A DNA stretch of 64,000 bases from Alphaproteobacteria bacterium (GTDB taxonomy: Bacteria > Pseudomonadota > Alphaproteobacteria > JAAXGF01), in assembly GCA_963555825.3 (NCBI GenBank), contig CAUVXB020000001.1, forward strand, positions 576,001-640,000. The letters are read 5' to 3'. The first letter of the stretch is position 1. Each line of letters starts with the position of its first letter. The notes under the pieces were generated by a model, which ran no database searches, was not told the origin of the DNA, and saw only the letters and a program-made list of their open reading frames with translations. Made by a program: the position numbers and the translations under genes. Positions 46,882-56,121 of this stretch are shown here, piece after piece.

Positions 46882-48005
46882 TAGTGTCCCGATTCCGAAG
46901 TTCGCATGATTTTCGCCTGCTGTTCAGCGATTTCGATTGTTCGGAGGCAGAAGCGCTGGATGGCGCCGAGGATGTCATCGGCGGATTTGGTCCATTTGAA
47001 GGGTTTGGGGTTCTGGTTTGTCGTGTCGATGTAGTCGAGGATGGTGCGCTCCAACTCCTTGGTGGAGCGATGGACGCCGCGCCTGATCTGCTTGTCGGTC
47101 AGCAGCCCGAACCAGCGCTCGACCTGGTTCAGCCAGGAGGCGCTGGTGGGTGTGAAATGGGCCTGCCAGCGCGGCCGTTTGGCGAACCAGTCGCGGATCG
47201 CCTTGGTCTTGTGGGTCCCGTAGTTGTCCATGACGATGTGGATGTCGAGATCAGCAGGGACGTTCGCCTCGACGAGGTCGAGGAATTTGCGGAACTCTCG
47301 GGCCCGATGGCGCGGGAAACATTTGCCGATGATCTCTCCCGTGGCGATGTCGAGGGCCGCGAAGAGAGAGGTCGTGCCGTGGCGCTTGTAGTCGTGGCTG
47401 CGCCGCTCCGCCTGCCCGGGGCGCATCGGCAAGAGGGGCTGGGAACGGTCCAGGGCCTGGATCTGGCTCTTTTCGTCGACACAGAGAACCAGGGCACGAT
47501 CCGGCGGCGCCAAATACAGACCGACGATGTCGCGGACCTTCTCCACGAAGAAGGGATCGCTCGACAGCTTGAAGGTCTCCGAGCGATGCGGCTGCAAGCC
47601 GAAGGCCCGCCAGATGCGATGAATGGTCGAGGGCGCGTGGCCGCTCGCCCGCGCCATCGAGCGAAGGCTCCAATGGGTCGCGTCCGGCGGCGTCTCTTCC
47701 AGCGTCAGCCGGACCGCTTCCGCGATGGCGTCATCGCCGATTTGACGCGGCGCGCCGGGGCGGGGTTCGTCGTACAGACCGTCGAGGCCCTCCGCCGCAT
47801 AGCGGCGACGCCACTTGCCCACGGTGTCCGCGCTCGCCTCGAGACGAACGGCGATCTCCTTGTTCTCCAACCCTTCCGCCGCCGCCAAGACGATCCGAGC
47901 CCGCCGCGCAAGCCCCTGCGACGTCTTGCGACGACGAGACAGCGCCTCCAATTCGGCGCGCTCGTCATCGCTCAAAGAGATCGTCACCGCCACTCTCGCC
48001 ATCAA
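46881..48005 (-). CDS. IS630-family transposase
   Basis: 374 aa, two residues differ from copy 1 (IQTLD/IQALD, ILAAI/ILGAI). Confidence 0.95.
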   Translation of the reverse strand: MMARVAVTISLSDDERAELEALSRRRKTSQGLARRARIVLAAAEGLENKEIAVRLEASADTVGKWRRRYAAEGLDGLYDEPRPGAPRQIGDDAIAEAVRLTLEETPPDATHWSLRSMARASGHAPSTIHRIWRAFGLQPHRSETFKLSSDPFFVEKVRDIVGLYLAPPDRALVLCVDEKSQIQALDRSQPLLPMRPGQAERRSHDYKRHGTTSLFAALDIATGEIIGKCFPRHRAREFRKFLDLVEANVPADLDIHIVMDNYGTHKTKAIRDWFAKRPRWQAHFTPTSASWLNQVERWFGLLTDKQIRRGVHRSTKELERTILDYIDTTNQNPKPFKWTKSADDILGAIQRFCLRTIEIAEQQAKIMRTSESGH

Positions 48006-48062
48006 TCGCGCCTCCTAAAAACAAATAGAGACATAATCATATCAATTTATCGATCAGGACAC
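46884..48062 (-). mobile_element. IS630-family insertion sequence, copy 2 of a tandem dimer
   Basis: Repeat of copy 1 at a 1181-bp period, separated by one TA. Confidence 0.93.
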
Positions 48063-49929
48063 TAGACGACGCGGTGGCGGCATACCGTACGGCCCTGGCG
48101 CTGAAGCCCGACTACGCCGAGGCGCACAACAACCTGGGTAATGCGCTGAAGGACCTGGGCCGGCTGGAAGAGGCGGTAGCGACCTACCACAAGGCGCTGG
48201 CGCTGAAACCAGACTACATTTCGGGCACTACAATCTGGGTAATCTGCAATGAGACCTGGGTCGGCTGGAGGATGCGTCGGTCGCCTACCACGCGGCGCTC
48301 GAGTTGAAGCCCGACTATGTCGCGGCGCACAACAATCTGGGCAACGTGCTCAGGGATCAGGGCAAGTTGGACGACGCGTTGGCGGCCTACCACAGGGCGC
48401 TGGCGCTCAGGCCCGACTACGTCGCGGCGCACGTCAACCTGGGCAATGCGCTGAAGGATCTGGGTCGGTTGGAAGAGGCGGTGGCAGCCTTTCAGAAGGC
48501 CCTGGCGGTGAAACCCGACCAACCCGAGGCGCGTAGCAACCTGGGCAATGCGTACAAAAACCAGGGCAAGCTGACAGAAGCCGTGGCCGCTTACCAAAAA
48601 GCGCTGGAGCTGAAACCCGACTACGTCGACGCTCACAGCAATCTGGTTTTCTACATGAATTACGATGAGCAATTTACGCAACGGGACATCGTCGCCGAGA
48701 GCCGACGCTGGGATGCCGTTCACGCGGTGCCTCGCGGTGCGGACGAACGACCACATCCCAACGATCCCGATCCCGAACGTCGGCTGCGCGTAGGCTATGT
48801 CTCTCCCGACTTTCGCGAACATTCGGTCAGCTACTTCCTGGATCCGGTTATTGCCCACTATGACCGCGGCACATTCGAGGTGTTTTGTTACGCGGGCGTC
48901 GTAAGGCCCGACAAAAAGACGGCCCGCTTTCGAGACCTTTCGGGCGGTTGGTGTTCGACGGTGGGCATGACCGATGCGGCGGTCGCTGAACGCATCCGCG
49001 AGGACGGTATCGATATTCTGGTCGACCTCGCGGGGCACTCGGCGAACAATCGCCTCCTTGTCTTCGCCGAGCGACCCGCGCCTGTACAGGTGACTTGGCT
49101 CGGCTACCCGAACACCACAGGCCTGTCGGCCATGGATTACCGGTTGACGGACGCGATCGCCGATCCCGCGGGCGACGCTGAAGCCTCGCACAGCGAGACG
49201 TTGGTGCGCCTGCCGAACGGGTTCCTCTGCTTTACGCCGACGGCTGATGCACCGGAAATTGGTGAAGCCCACGCTCCGGCCGCCGGCCACGTTACATTTG
49301 GTTCGTTCAACAATCTGGCGAAGGTTACGCCCGACGTCGTGGCGACCTGGGCGCGTGTTCTCGATGGCGCCCCGACATCACGATTGCTGATCAAAAGCAG
49401 GCCGCTCGCCGATGCGGAAACCCACAAGCGATACGTTGAGATGTTCGATGCGCACGGCATCGACGCCGAACGGGTCGAATTGATTCCACGGATCCCGTCG
49501 AGATCCGGGCATCTCGGGGCGTATGGCCGCGTCGACATCGGGCTCGATCCGTTCCCGTACAACGGTACGACGACGACCTGTGAGGAGTTGTGGATGGGCG
49601 TGCCGGTGATCACGCTCTCGGGCGATCGTCACGCCGGCCGCGTCGGTGCGAGCATCCTCAATCGGGTCGGTCTCGGCGACCTCGTCGCCGAGACGAGAGA
49701 GGCCTACGTCGAGACAGCGGTGGCGCTCGCAAACGACCTCAATCGGCTGTCGACCTTGCGCAACGGCTTGCGTGATAGGGTGCGGCAATTGCCGCTTTGC
49801 GATGCCGATGCGTTTGCCCGCGATGTCGAGGCGGCTTACCGGGAGATGTGGCGTCGGGTCTGCAATTGACCGTCGGGCGGTTGCCGCCACGGTACTGGCC
49901 CGCCGGTCGAGACGTATAGGACGAGGCGA

Positions 49930-51903
49930 TTGAACCGCAAAGAAAGACGCGCTGCCGCAAAGGTCCAGCGACGAGGCACGCGCCAGGAACCGGGCGCGGT
50001 ATCGGCGAGTGGCGCGCTTCAGGCGGCGATATCACATCACCAAGCAGGACGGCTGGCCGAAGCCAAGCGGCTCTATGCGGCGGTTCAGTCTCGCGAGCCG
50101 GACAACGCAGTGGTACTGCATCATCTCGGCGTGATCGCGTTTCAAGAGGGCGACCCCCGTCAGGCGACCACCTTGATCGGCCAGGCGATCGCCTTGCGAC
50201 CCGACTATGCCGACGCATACAGCAACCTGGGTAGCGCGCTCGTCCAACGAGGCAGGCTTGAGGACGCGGCGGCCGCATTCCGTACAGCGCTGGAGCTAAA
50301 ACCCGACCACGCCGACGCGCACAACAACCTCGGCAACGTCCTCAAGGAACAGGGTAAGTTGCAGGACGCGGTGATTGCGTATCGCAGGGCCCTGGCGCTC
50401 ACGCCTGATCACGTCGACGCATACGTAAACCTCGGAATCACGCTCATTGCCCTGGGCCGTCGAGTGGAGGCGCTAGAGGCTTACCGTAGGGCGCTGGCAA
50501 TTAGGCCTGGCTTAGGCATCGCGCAGGGCATGTTCGTTCATATGCTGCAACACGCTTGTGACTGGGGCGAGTTCGAAACGGCTGCTGCGAAGTTAGATAC
50601 TCTGGTCGACGGCGATCTCGACAAGGGCGTCATATGCGCCGAGAGGCCGTTCGTCAGCATCACTCGGTGCAATGACGCGGCGCGCAATCTGGCAATCGCA
50701 GAATCGTGGAGCACGGATGTCGTGCGGCGCGTGTCCAGTCATGAGATCGAATTCGCATTTGACAACCAGCGATTGCGGAAGAAGCGGATCAGGATTGGCT
50801 ACCTCACCGCCGATTTTCATGCACATGCCACTGCGCACCTCATGGCGGGCCTATTTGGCCTGCACGACAGGGACCGCTTCACGATACACGCTTACTCCTA
50901 CGGGCCGGATGACAAGAGCGCCTACCGCGCGAGAATTGCGGCCGACAGTGATGCATTCGCCGACATTCGGGATCTGTCGACGACCCAGAGCGCTCGGCGC
51001 ATCTACCAGGACGAAATCGACATTCTGGTCGATCTCAAGGGCTACTCACAGGAGTCGCGTCTCGATATCTGTGCTCTGAGGCCGGCGCCCGTCCAGGCGA
51101 CCTATTTGGGTTTCCCCGGCACGACGGGTGCCGATTTCTTTGACTACGTCATCACCGATCGGATCGTCACCCCCGAAGATCAGGTGCCGTTTTACAGCGA
51201 AAATTTCGTCTATTTGCCTCATTGCTATCAAGTCAACGATCATACACAGGCGATCTCGAACGCGCCGGTCACGCGGGCCGATTGCGGCCTGCCTGAGGAT
51301 GGCTTCGTGTTCTGCTCGTTCAACCAGTCGTACAAGATCGAACCCCTCATGTGGGACGTCTGGATGCGGATACTCCGTGGCGTTCCAGGCAGCGTCCTGT
51401 GGCTCCTGCGCACCAACAAATTGGCCGAAGCAAATCTCAAGCGCGAGGCGGTCAAACGAGATGTCGATCCCGGTCGCATCGTGTTCGCCGATTTCCTGCA
51501 AAAATCCGAACACCTAGCGCGCTTCAGGCTTGCCGATCTATTCCTCGATACGCGCATTTACAATGGCCACACGACGGCGAGTGACGCGCTGTGGTCGGGC
51601 GTTCCGGTCGTCACGCTCCAGGGTCAACATTTCGCGTCGCGCGTCGGCGCGAGCTTGCTCAACGCAATCGGTCTGCCGGAGCTGATCTGCCATGGCCTCG
51701 ATGACTACGAGACACTCACCGTACGCTTGGCGCGCGAGCCTGGCGAAGTCGAGGCGATCCGCGCCAAGCTCACTCGTAATCGGCTGTCCGAGCCGTTGTT
51801 CGATACGCCGCGCTTCACACGCGATCTGGAGAGCGCCTTCGCTGCGATGTGGGACATCCATATCGCCGGCGAACCGCCACGGATGATCGACATCCACGCG
51901 TGA
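49930..51903 (+). CDS. TPR-repeat GT41 glycosyltransferase, OGT/SEC-like
   Basis: TTG start after GAGG; TPRs, then GYLTADFHAHATAHL, DLKGYS, YLGFPGT, CSFNQSYKI, YNGHTTASDALW. Confidence 0.88.
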   Translation: MNRKERRAAAKVQRRGTRQEPGAVSASGALQAAISHHQAGRLAEAKRLYAAVQSREPDNAVVLHHLGVIAFQEGDPRQATTLIGQAIALRPDYADAYSNLGSALVQRGRLEDAAAAFRTALELKPDHADAHNNLGNVLKEQGKLQDAVIAYRRALALTPDHVDAYVNLGITLIALGRRVEALEAYRRALAIRPGLGIAQGMFVHMLQHACDWGEFETAAAKLDTLVDGDLDKGVICAERPFVSITRCNDAARNLAIAESWSTDVVRRVSSHEIEFAFDNQRLRKKRIRIGYLTADFHAHATAHLMAGLFGLHDRDRFTIHAYSYGPDDKSAYRARIAADSDAFADIRDLSTTQSARRIYQDEIDILVDLKGYSQESRLDICALRPAPVQATYLGFPGTTGADFFDYVITDRIVTPEDQVPFYSENFVYLPHCYQVNDHTQAISNAPVTRADCGLPEDGFVFCSFNQSYKIEPLMWDVWMRILRGVPGSVLWLLRTNKLAEANLKREAVKRDVDPGRIVFADFLQKSEHLARFRLADLFLDTRIYNGHTTASDALWSGVPVVTLQGQHFASRVGASLLNAIGLPELICHGLDDYETLTVRLAREPGEVEAIRAKLTRNRLSEPLFDTPRFTRDLESAFAAMWDIHIAGEPPRMIDIHA

Positions 51904-51957
51904 TCGCTGGAAACACCGCGGTGCGATCGGGTCTCGGTCCCTTCGATAGAAAACAAA

Positions 51958-51983
51958 AGAAACACCGCCGAGGCGGGGTTTTG
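51958..51983. terminator. Probable bidirectional intrinsic terminator
   Basis: A-rich tract, AAAC-ACCGCC-GA-GGCGGG-GTTTT; lies between the GT41 gene and a convergent small ORF. Confidence 0.55.
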
Positions 51984-52007
51984 AGTTGAGGGGGGAGCGG
52001 AGGCGTT

Positions 52008-52178
52008 TTATGGCAGGGGCGGCGTGATCTCGGTCAGCACCACGAAGACCGATTTGCCGCCCGCTTGAACCGTGCCGGGCGCGGCCGAGAGTATCGCCGC
52101 CGCCAAAAGGGTTCCGAGGAAACCCGTCGAAAGCATTCCGATATGGGCTGTACCGCCCCTGGTTTGGCTGGATGACAT
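52008..52178 (-). CDS. Putative 56-aa signal-peptide ORF or gene remnant (below ORF-track cutoff)
   Basis: Hand translation MSSSQTRGGTAHIGMLSTGFLGTLLAAAILSAAPGTVQA-GGKSVFVVLTEITPPLP; terminator follows. Confidence 0.4.
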   Translation of the reverse strand: MSSSQTRGGTAHIGMLSTGFLGTLLAAAILSAAPGTVQAGGKSVFVVLTEITPPLP

Positions 52179-52199
52179 AATGTTCTCATACCAGTGAGC

Positions 52200-52614
52200 C
52201 TATGAAATCACCTTCATGATCCATGGATAGGCGCAGAGGGTTCGCATACGATCCGGTTCTGCGATGAGGTCGATCCATGCTTGGCAACAGGCGTCGATGA
52301 TGGCCTCGGTGTCGTCGAGGACGCGGAGCGATAGGAAGCGTTCGCGTAGGTAGAGCCAAACCCGCTCGACGGGGTTGAGTTCGGGACTGTAAGGCGGCAA
52401 CAGCGCCAAGGTGACGTTGTCGGGGACGGTGAGGGCGCGCTCGTCGTGCCAACCGGCGCCGTCGCACATCATGACGGCGTGCGCATCCTGGTCCAGGGTA
52501 TCGGCGAAGTGTGCGAGAAACAGGTCCATGACCTTGGCGTTGACGCTCGGCATCACCAGGGTGACGTCGTCGCCGGTGTCCGGGCGCACGGCGGAGAAGA
52601 TGTAGGCCCACTGG
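52200..52614 (-). pseudogene. IS630 transposase C-terminal (DDE) fragment
   Basis: QWAYIFSAVRP...CDGAGWH...LPPYSPELNPVERVW. Confidence 0.88.
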
Positions 52615-52733
52615 TGAGAACGGCAGGGCAATAATCCCCCACTGAAGCGGCCGGTCGATCCGGCTGCGGCGGACCAAAATGGGACCGCGTATAGCCTTCT
52701 GTCAGGGTTGCTCTGACTGGAAGGCGGGGGGGG

Positions 52734-54233
52734 ATGTATCGGGTGGAGTTGTACGCACGGGTTCGGCGGGCGTGTCATGTCGAGGGGATGAGCACCCGCG
52801 AGGCCTCGCGGGTGTTTGGTGTAGACCGCAAGACGGTCCGTAAGATGCTGTCGTTCTCGGTGCCGCCAGGGTATCGCCGAAGCGCGCCGCCGAGGCGGCC
52901 AAAGCTGGGTCCGTTCACGGGAATCATCGATCGGATCTTGGAAGACGATCGGACCAGCCACCGCAAGCAACGGCACACTGCGAAGCGCATCTTCGACCGC
53001 CTCCGGGACGAGTACGGTTTCACGGGCGGCTACACCATCGTGAAGGACTACGTTCGTGAGCAGGGGCTTCGGTCGCGTGAGGTGTTCGTGCCACTCTCCC
53101 ATTCCCCCGGTCACGCCCAGGCGGACTTCGGCGAAGCGATGGCGGTGATCGGCGGCGCGTTACGGAAGATCCACTTCCTTGCCTTCGACCTTCCCCACAG
53201 TGATGGTTGCTTTGTTGCGGCCTATCCGGCGGAGACGACCGAAGCATTCTGCGATGGCCACAACGCGGCGTTTGCCTTCTTCGGCGGCGTCCCCCGATCC
53301 ATCCTGTACGACAACACCAAGCTGGCGGTTGCCCGGATCCTGGGCGATGGGAAGCGGCAGCGAACGCGCGTCTTCACGGAGCTTCAGTCCCACTATCTGT
53401 TCGAGGACAGGTTCGGCCGGCCGGGCAAGGGCAACGACAAGGGCAAGGTCGAGGGACTGGTCGGCTTCATCCGGCGGAACTTCCTGGTCCCCGTCCCGCG
53501 TGCCGAGAGCTTCGCGGCCCTCAACGATGCTCTCGCCGAACAGTGCCGCCGGCGCCAGGCGGCGCGGCTGCGGGGCCACAAGGAGACCATCGGCGAGCGT
53601 CTCGAGCGGGATCGTCAAGTTCTCTTGCCATTGCCGCCTGCTCCCTATGATGCCTGCGATAAGCGCCCTGGACGGGCGAGTTCGCTGTCGCTGGTGCGTT
53701 ACCGCAGCAACGACTATTCCGTGCCCGTGGCCTACGGCCACCGTGAGGTGCTCATCCGGGGCTACGTCGATGAGGTGGTGATCAGCTGCGGGGCCGAGGT
53801 GATCGCCCGGCACCGCCGGTCCTACGACAGCGAGGACCTGATCTTCGACCCGCTGCATTACCTGCCCTTGATCGAGCAGAAGATCGGCGCCCTCGACCAG
53901 GCCGCGCCATTGGCGGGCTGGGACCTGCCCGAGGCCTTCATCACTCTGCGGCGGCTCCTCGAAGCTCGTATGGGCAAGGCAGGCAAGCGCGAGTACGTCC
54001 AGGTGCTCCGTCTACTGGAGACCTTCCGGCTCGAGGAGGTCGAGGGTGCGGTCGGCGACGCCCTGCGGCTCGGCGCAATCGGCTTTGATGCGGTGAAGCA
54101 CCTGGTACTGTGCCGCATCGAGCGGCGGCCGCCCAGGCTCAACCTCGACGTCTATCCGTATCTGCCGCGCGCCCGGGTCGCGATGACGTCCGCCAAGTCG
54201 TACATGAGCCTGCTGTCGGGGCTCGGCGCATGA
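52734..54233 (+). CDS. istA: IS21-family transposase IstA
   Basis: N-terminal HTH, QADFGE, LYDNTK, KGKVEG. Confidence 0.93.
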   Translation: MYRVELYARVRRACHVEGMSTREASRVFGVDRKTVRKMLSFSVPPGYRRSAPPRRPKLGPFTGIIDRILEDDRTSHRKQRHTAKRIFDRLRDEYGFTGGYTIVKDYVREQGLRSREVFVPLSHSPGHAQADFGEAMAVIGGALRKIHFLAFDLPHSDGCFVAAYPAETTEAFCDGHNAAFAFFGGVPRSILYDNTKLAVARILGDGKRQRTRVFTELQSHYLFEDRFGRPGKGNDKGKVEGLVGFIRRNFLVPVPRAESFAALNDALAEQCRRRQAARLRGHKETIGERLERDRQVLLPLPPAPYDACDKRPGRASSLSLVRYRSNDYSVPVAYGHREVLIRGYVDEVVISCGAEVIARHRRSYDSEDLIFDPLHYLPLIEQKIGALDQAAPLAGWDLPEAFITLRRLLEARMGKAGKREYVQVLRLLETFRLEEVEGAVGDALRLGAIGFDAVKHLVLCRIERRPPRLNLDVYPYLPRARVAMTSAKSYMSLLSGLGA

Positions 54234-54994
54234 CCGACACACCGCAAGTGCTGCTCGCCCACCACCTCAAGACGCTGAAGCTGCCGACCTTCCTGCGCGA
54301 GTACGACAAGATCGCCCGGCAGTGCGCCTCGGAAGGCGTCGATCACGTCCGCTACCTGTTGAGACTCGCCGAGCTCGAGCTGATCGACCGCGAGCGCCGC
54401 ATGGTCGAGCGGCGCATCAAGGCGGCGCGCTTCCCCGTGGTCAAGAGCCTCGACAGCTTCGACTTCAAGGTCATCCCCTCGCTCAACAAGGCGCTGGTCC
54501 TGGAGCTGGCCCGCTGCGAGTACATCGAGCGCCGCGAGAACCTCATCGCGCTCGGCAACAGTGGGACCGGCAAGACCCACATCGCCCTCGGTCTCGGCCT
54601 GGCGGCCTGCCAGAAGGGCCTCTCGGTCGGCTTCATCACCGCCGCCGCGCTGGTCCACGAACTCATCGAGGCCCGCGATGACAAGCAGCTGCTGAGGTTC
54701 CAGAAGAAGCTCGCCACCTACAAGCTTCTGATCGTCGACGAACTCGGCTTCGTGCCGCTGTCGAAGACCGGCGCCGAGCTGTTGTTCGAGGTGTTCAGCC
54801 AACGCTACGAGCGGGGCTCGACCCTGGTCACCACCAATCTGCCCTTCGACGAATGGACCGAGGTGTTCGGCTCCGAGCGCCTCACCGGCGCGCTCCTCGA
54901 TCGCCTCACCCACCACGTCAACATCCTCGAGATGAACGGTGACAGCTACAGGCTCAACCAGAGCCGCAGGCGTCAAACCCCGACTGCTAACTGA
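54230..54994 (+). CDS. istB: IS21-family helper ATPase IstB
   Basis: GNSGTGKTH, LLIVDELGF, TTNLPF, LLDRLTHH; ATGA overlap. Confidence 0.95.
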   Translation: MTDTPQVLLAHHLKTLKLPTFLREYDKIARQCASEGVDHVRYLLRLAELELIDRERRMVERRIKAARFPVVKSLDSFDFKVIPSLNKALVLELARCEYIERRENLIALGNSGTGKTHIALGLGLAACQKGLSVGFITAAALVHELIEARDDKQLLRFQKKLATYKLLIVDELGFVPLSKTGAELLFEVFSQRYERGSTLVTTNLPFDEWTEVFGSERLTGALLDRLTHHVNILEMNGDSYRLNQSRRRQTPTAN

Positions 54995-55332
54995 ACCGAC
55001 CACCCAGCCCACGCTTGACCCCGTGGGCCCACAGGTCCCTCCCGCGCGCGCCGCCGCGTCAGCCTGTTGAGGGCACGCCGCGTCGCGCGCGGGGCCCTCC
55101 CGTGGACTACGGGGACAAGCCCGCAGCCGCCAAGCGGTCCCTTCTTACACCGCCGAGGTGGTCCCTTTTTGCTCCGCCATTGACAGCCACTGGTAGCCGA
55201 TTTGACGCGTCCCGGGGGCACGCTCGCCCCTGCGCCACCACCGGTGACACACCCGGCCCTTGTTGCCGACGCGCGCTTCATCCTGAAACCACAGCTGTAG
55301 GCGCTTGTCGGGATGCGCCGCGGCGGTCGCCT

Positions 55333-55857
55333 TCAGGATGTCGCGAAGCCCCCTTTTTTGAAGCGCTCCTGCGCTTCGGCGTCCCTTCGCGGGTGGCTCG
55401 GGCGCGCCTTCTGGCGGGAAAATCCCATCCGCCGTAGAACCCGGGTCATGCTCGAGGGGTGGTAGGTCTTGGCGAAGCGCTCCTCCAGCCAGCGGCACAG
55501 ATCGGCCCGGGTCCAGGCGCAAACCCCGTCGCGCTCAGGCTCCGGCCCGGCGATGATGACCGCCGCCAGCGCCGCTTCCTCGTCTGCCGTCAGCCGCCGC
55601 GGCGAGTAGCCCTTTGGACGGTCGTGAAGCCCCTCCAATCCCTTTGCATTGTAACGAACAACCGCGTCGCGAAGCGTTTGGCGATCCATCCCCGCAAGCC
55701 GCGCGGCATCAGCCCGGGGCATCTCCTCCAAAGCATTCGCGATCCCATAGGCCCGCGCCGCCGCTCGACCGTACGATTCCACGCGAGCCCAGCGCCGAAG
55801 CTCCAAAGGCGTCAAATCATCCCGTATCTTGAGTGCTGATCCCATGACATCCCCCAC
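55333..55857 (-). CDS. IS630 transposase OrfA (HTH), with -1 frameshift site
   Basis: MDRQTLRDAVVRYN, FSRQKARPSHP, FKKGG; A6G5 slippery run at 55349-55359. Confidence 0.88.
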   Translation of the reverse strand: MGDVMGSALKIRDDLTPLELRRWARVESYGRAAARAYGIANALEEMPRADAARLAGMDRQTLRDAVVRYNAKGLEGLHDRPKGYSPRRLTADEEAALAAVIIAGPEPERDGVCAWTRADLCRWLEERFAKTYHPSSMTRVLRRMGFSRQKARPSHPRRDAEAQERFKKGGFATS

Positions 55858-56121
55858 ATCTGGTGGGAGACCATAGAATCACAATCCGCCATCATCCGCC
55901 ATCAATGAATATCCCGAGAGTCAATTCAGGCGCTCACTGGTATCACTCCTCATTTTGCCTCTTGGGGTGAACGGTCGGACGCGCCGTTGTGGGGAGGATG
56001 ATGGGCCGCGGTTCTGGACCGGGTAAATCCAACGGGTGTTGGAAACGCCGTAGATCAGGCATTCAATTCATCTGACATTGGCGATATGCGCCAGTCTCTG
56101 CAAATCGTGTAGATATATAAT

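Larger units (their letters stand above)
45235..48650 (+). repeat. 102-bp (34-aa) TPR tandem repeats, about 11 units, split by the IS630 dimer
   Basis: CCCGACTACGCCGAnGCGCACAACAAyCTGGGC-like unit starts at 45235, 45337, 45439, 45541, 45643, then 48107 to 48616. Confidence 0.85.
44965..49869 (+). pseudogene. TPR-repeat GT41 glycosyltransferase, SPINDLY-like; disrupted
   Basis: TPR array interrupted by tandem IS630 at 45701-48064 (removal restores GKLDDAV); 1-bp deletion near 48223; in-frame TGA at 48250; catalytic part 48304-49869 has SPDFREHSV, DLAGHS, FGSFNNLAK, PYNGTTTT. Confidence 0.88.
52615..55185 (+). mobile_element. IS21-family insertion sequence
   Basis: TG...CA ends, subterminal GGACC/GGTCCC repeats, istA-istB, flanking CCACTGG duplication (52608-14 and 55187-93). 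Confidence 0.92.
52191..55940 (-). mobile_element. IS630-family IS (two-ORF frameshift type) interrupted by an IS21 element
   Basis: Terminal repeats CCAGTGAGCCTATGAA / CCAGTGAGCGCCTGAA, TA on both flanks; orfA 55333-55857; orfB (WFQDEARVG...DGAGWH...PPYSPELNPVE) split at YQW. Confidence 0.9.

Noticed and set aside
45235-48650. Regularly spaced repeats as a possible CRISPR array or DGR
   Set aside because: The period is 102 bp and in frame (34-aa TPR units), there are no unique spacers, and no cas or reverse transcriptase gene is present in the window.
52200-53114. 304-aa ORF as an intact transposase
   Set aside because: It is a chimera of IS21 antisense sequence and the IS630 C-terminal fragment.
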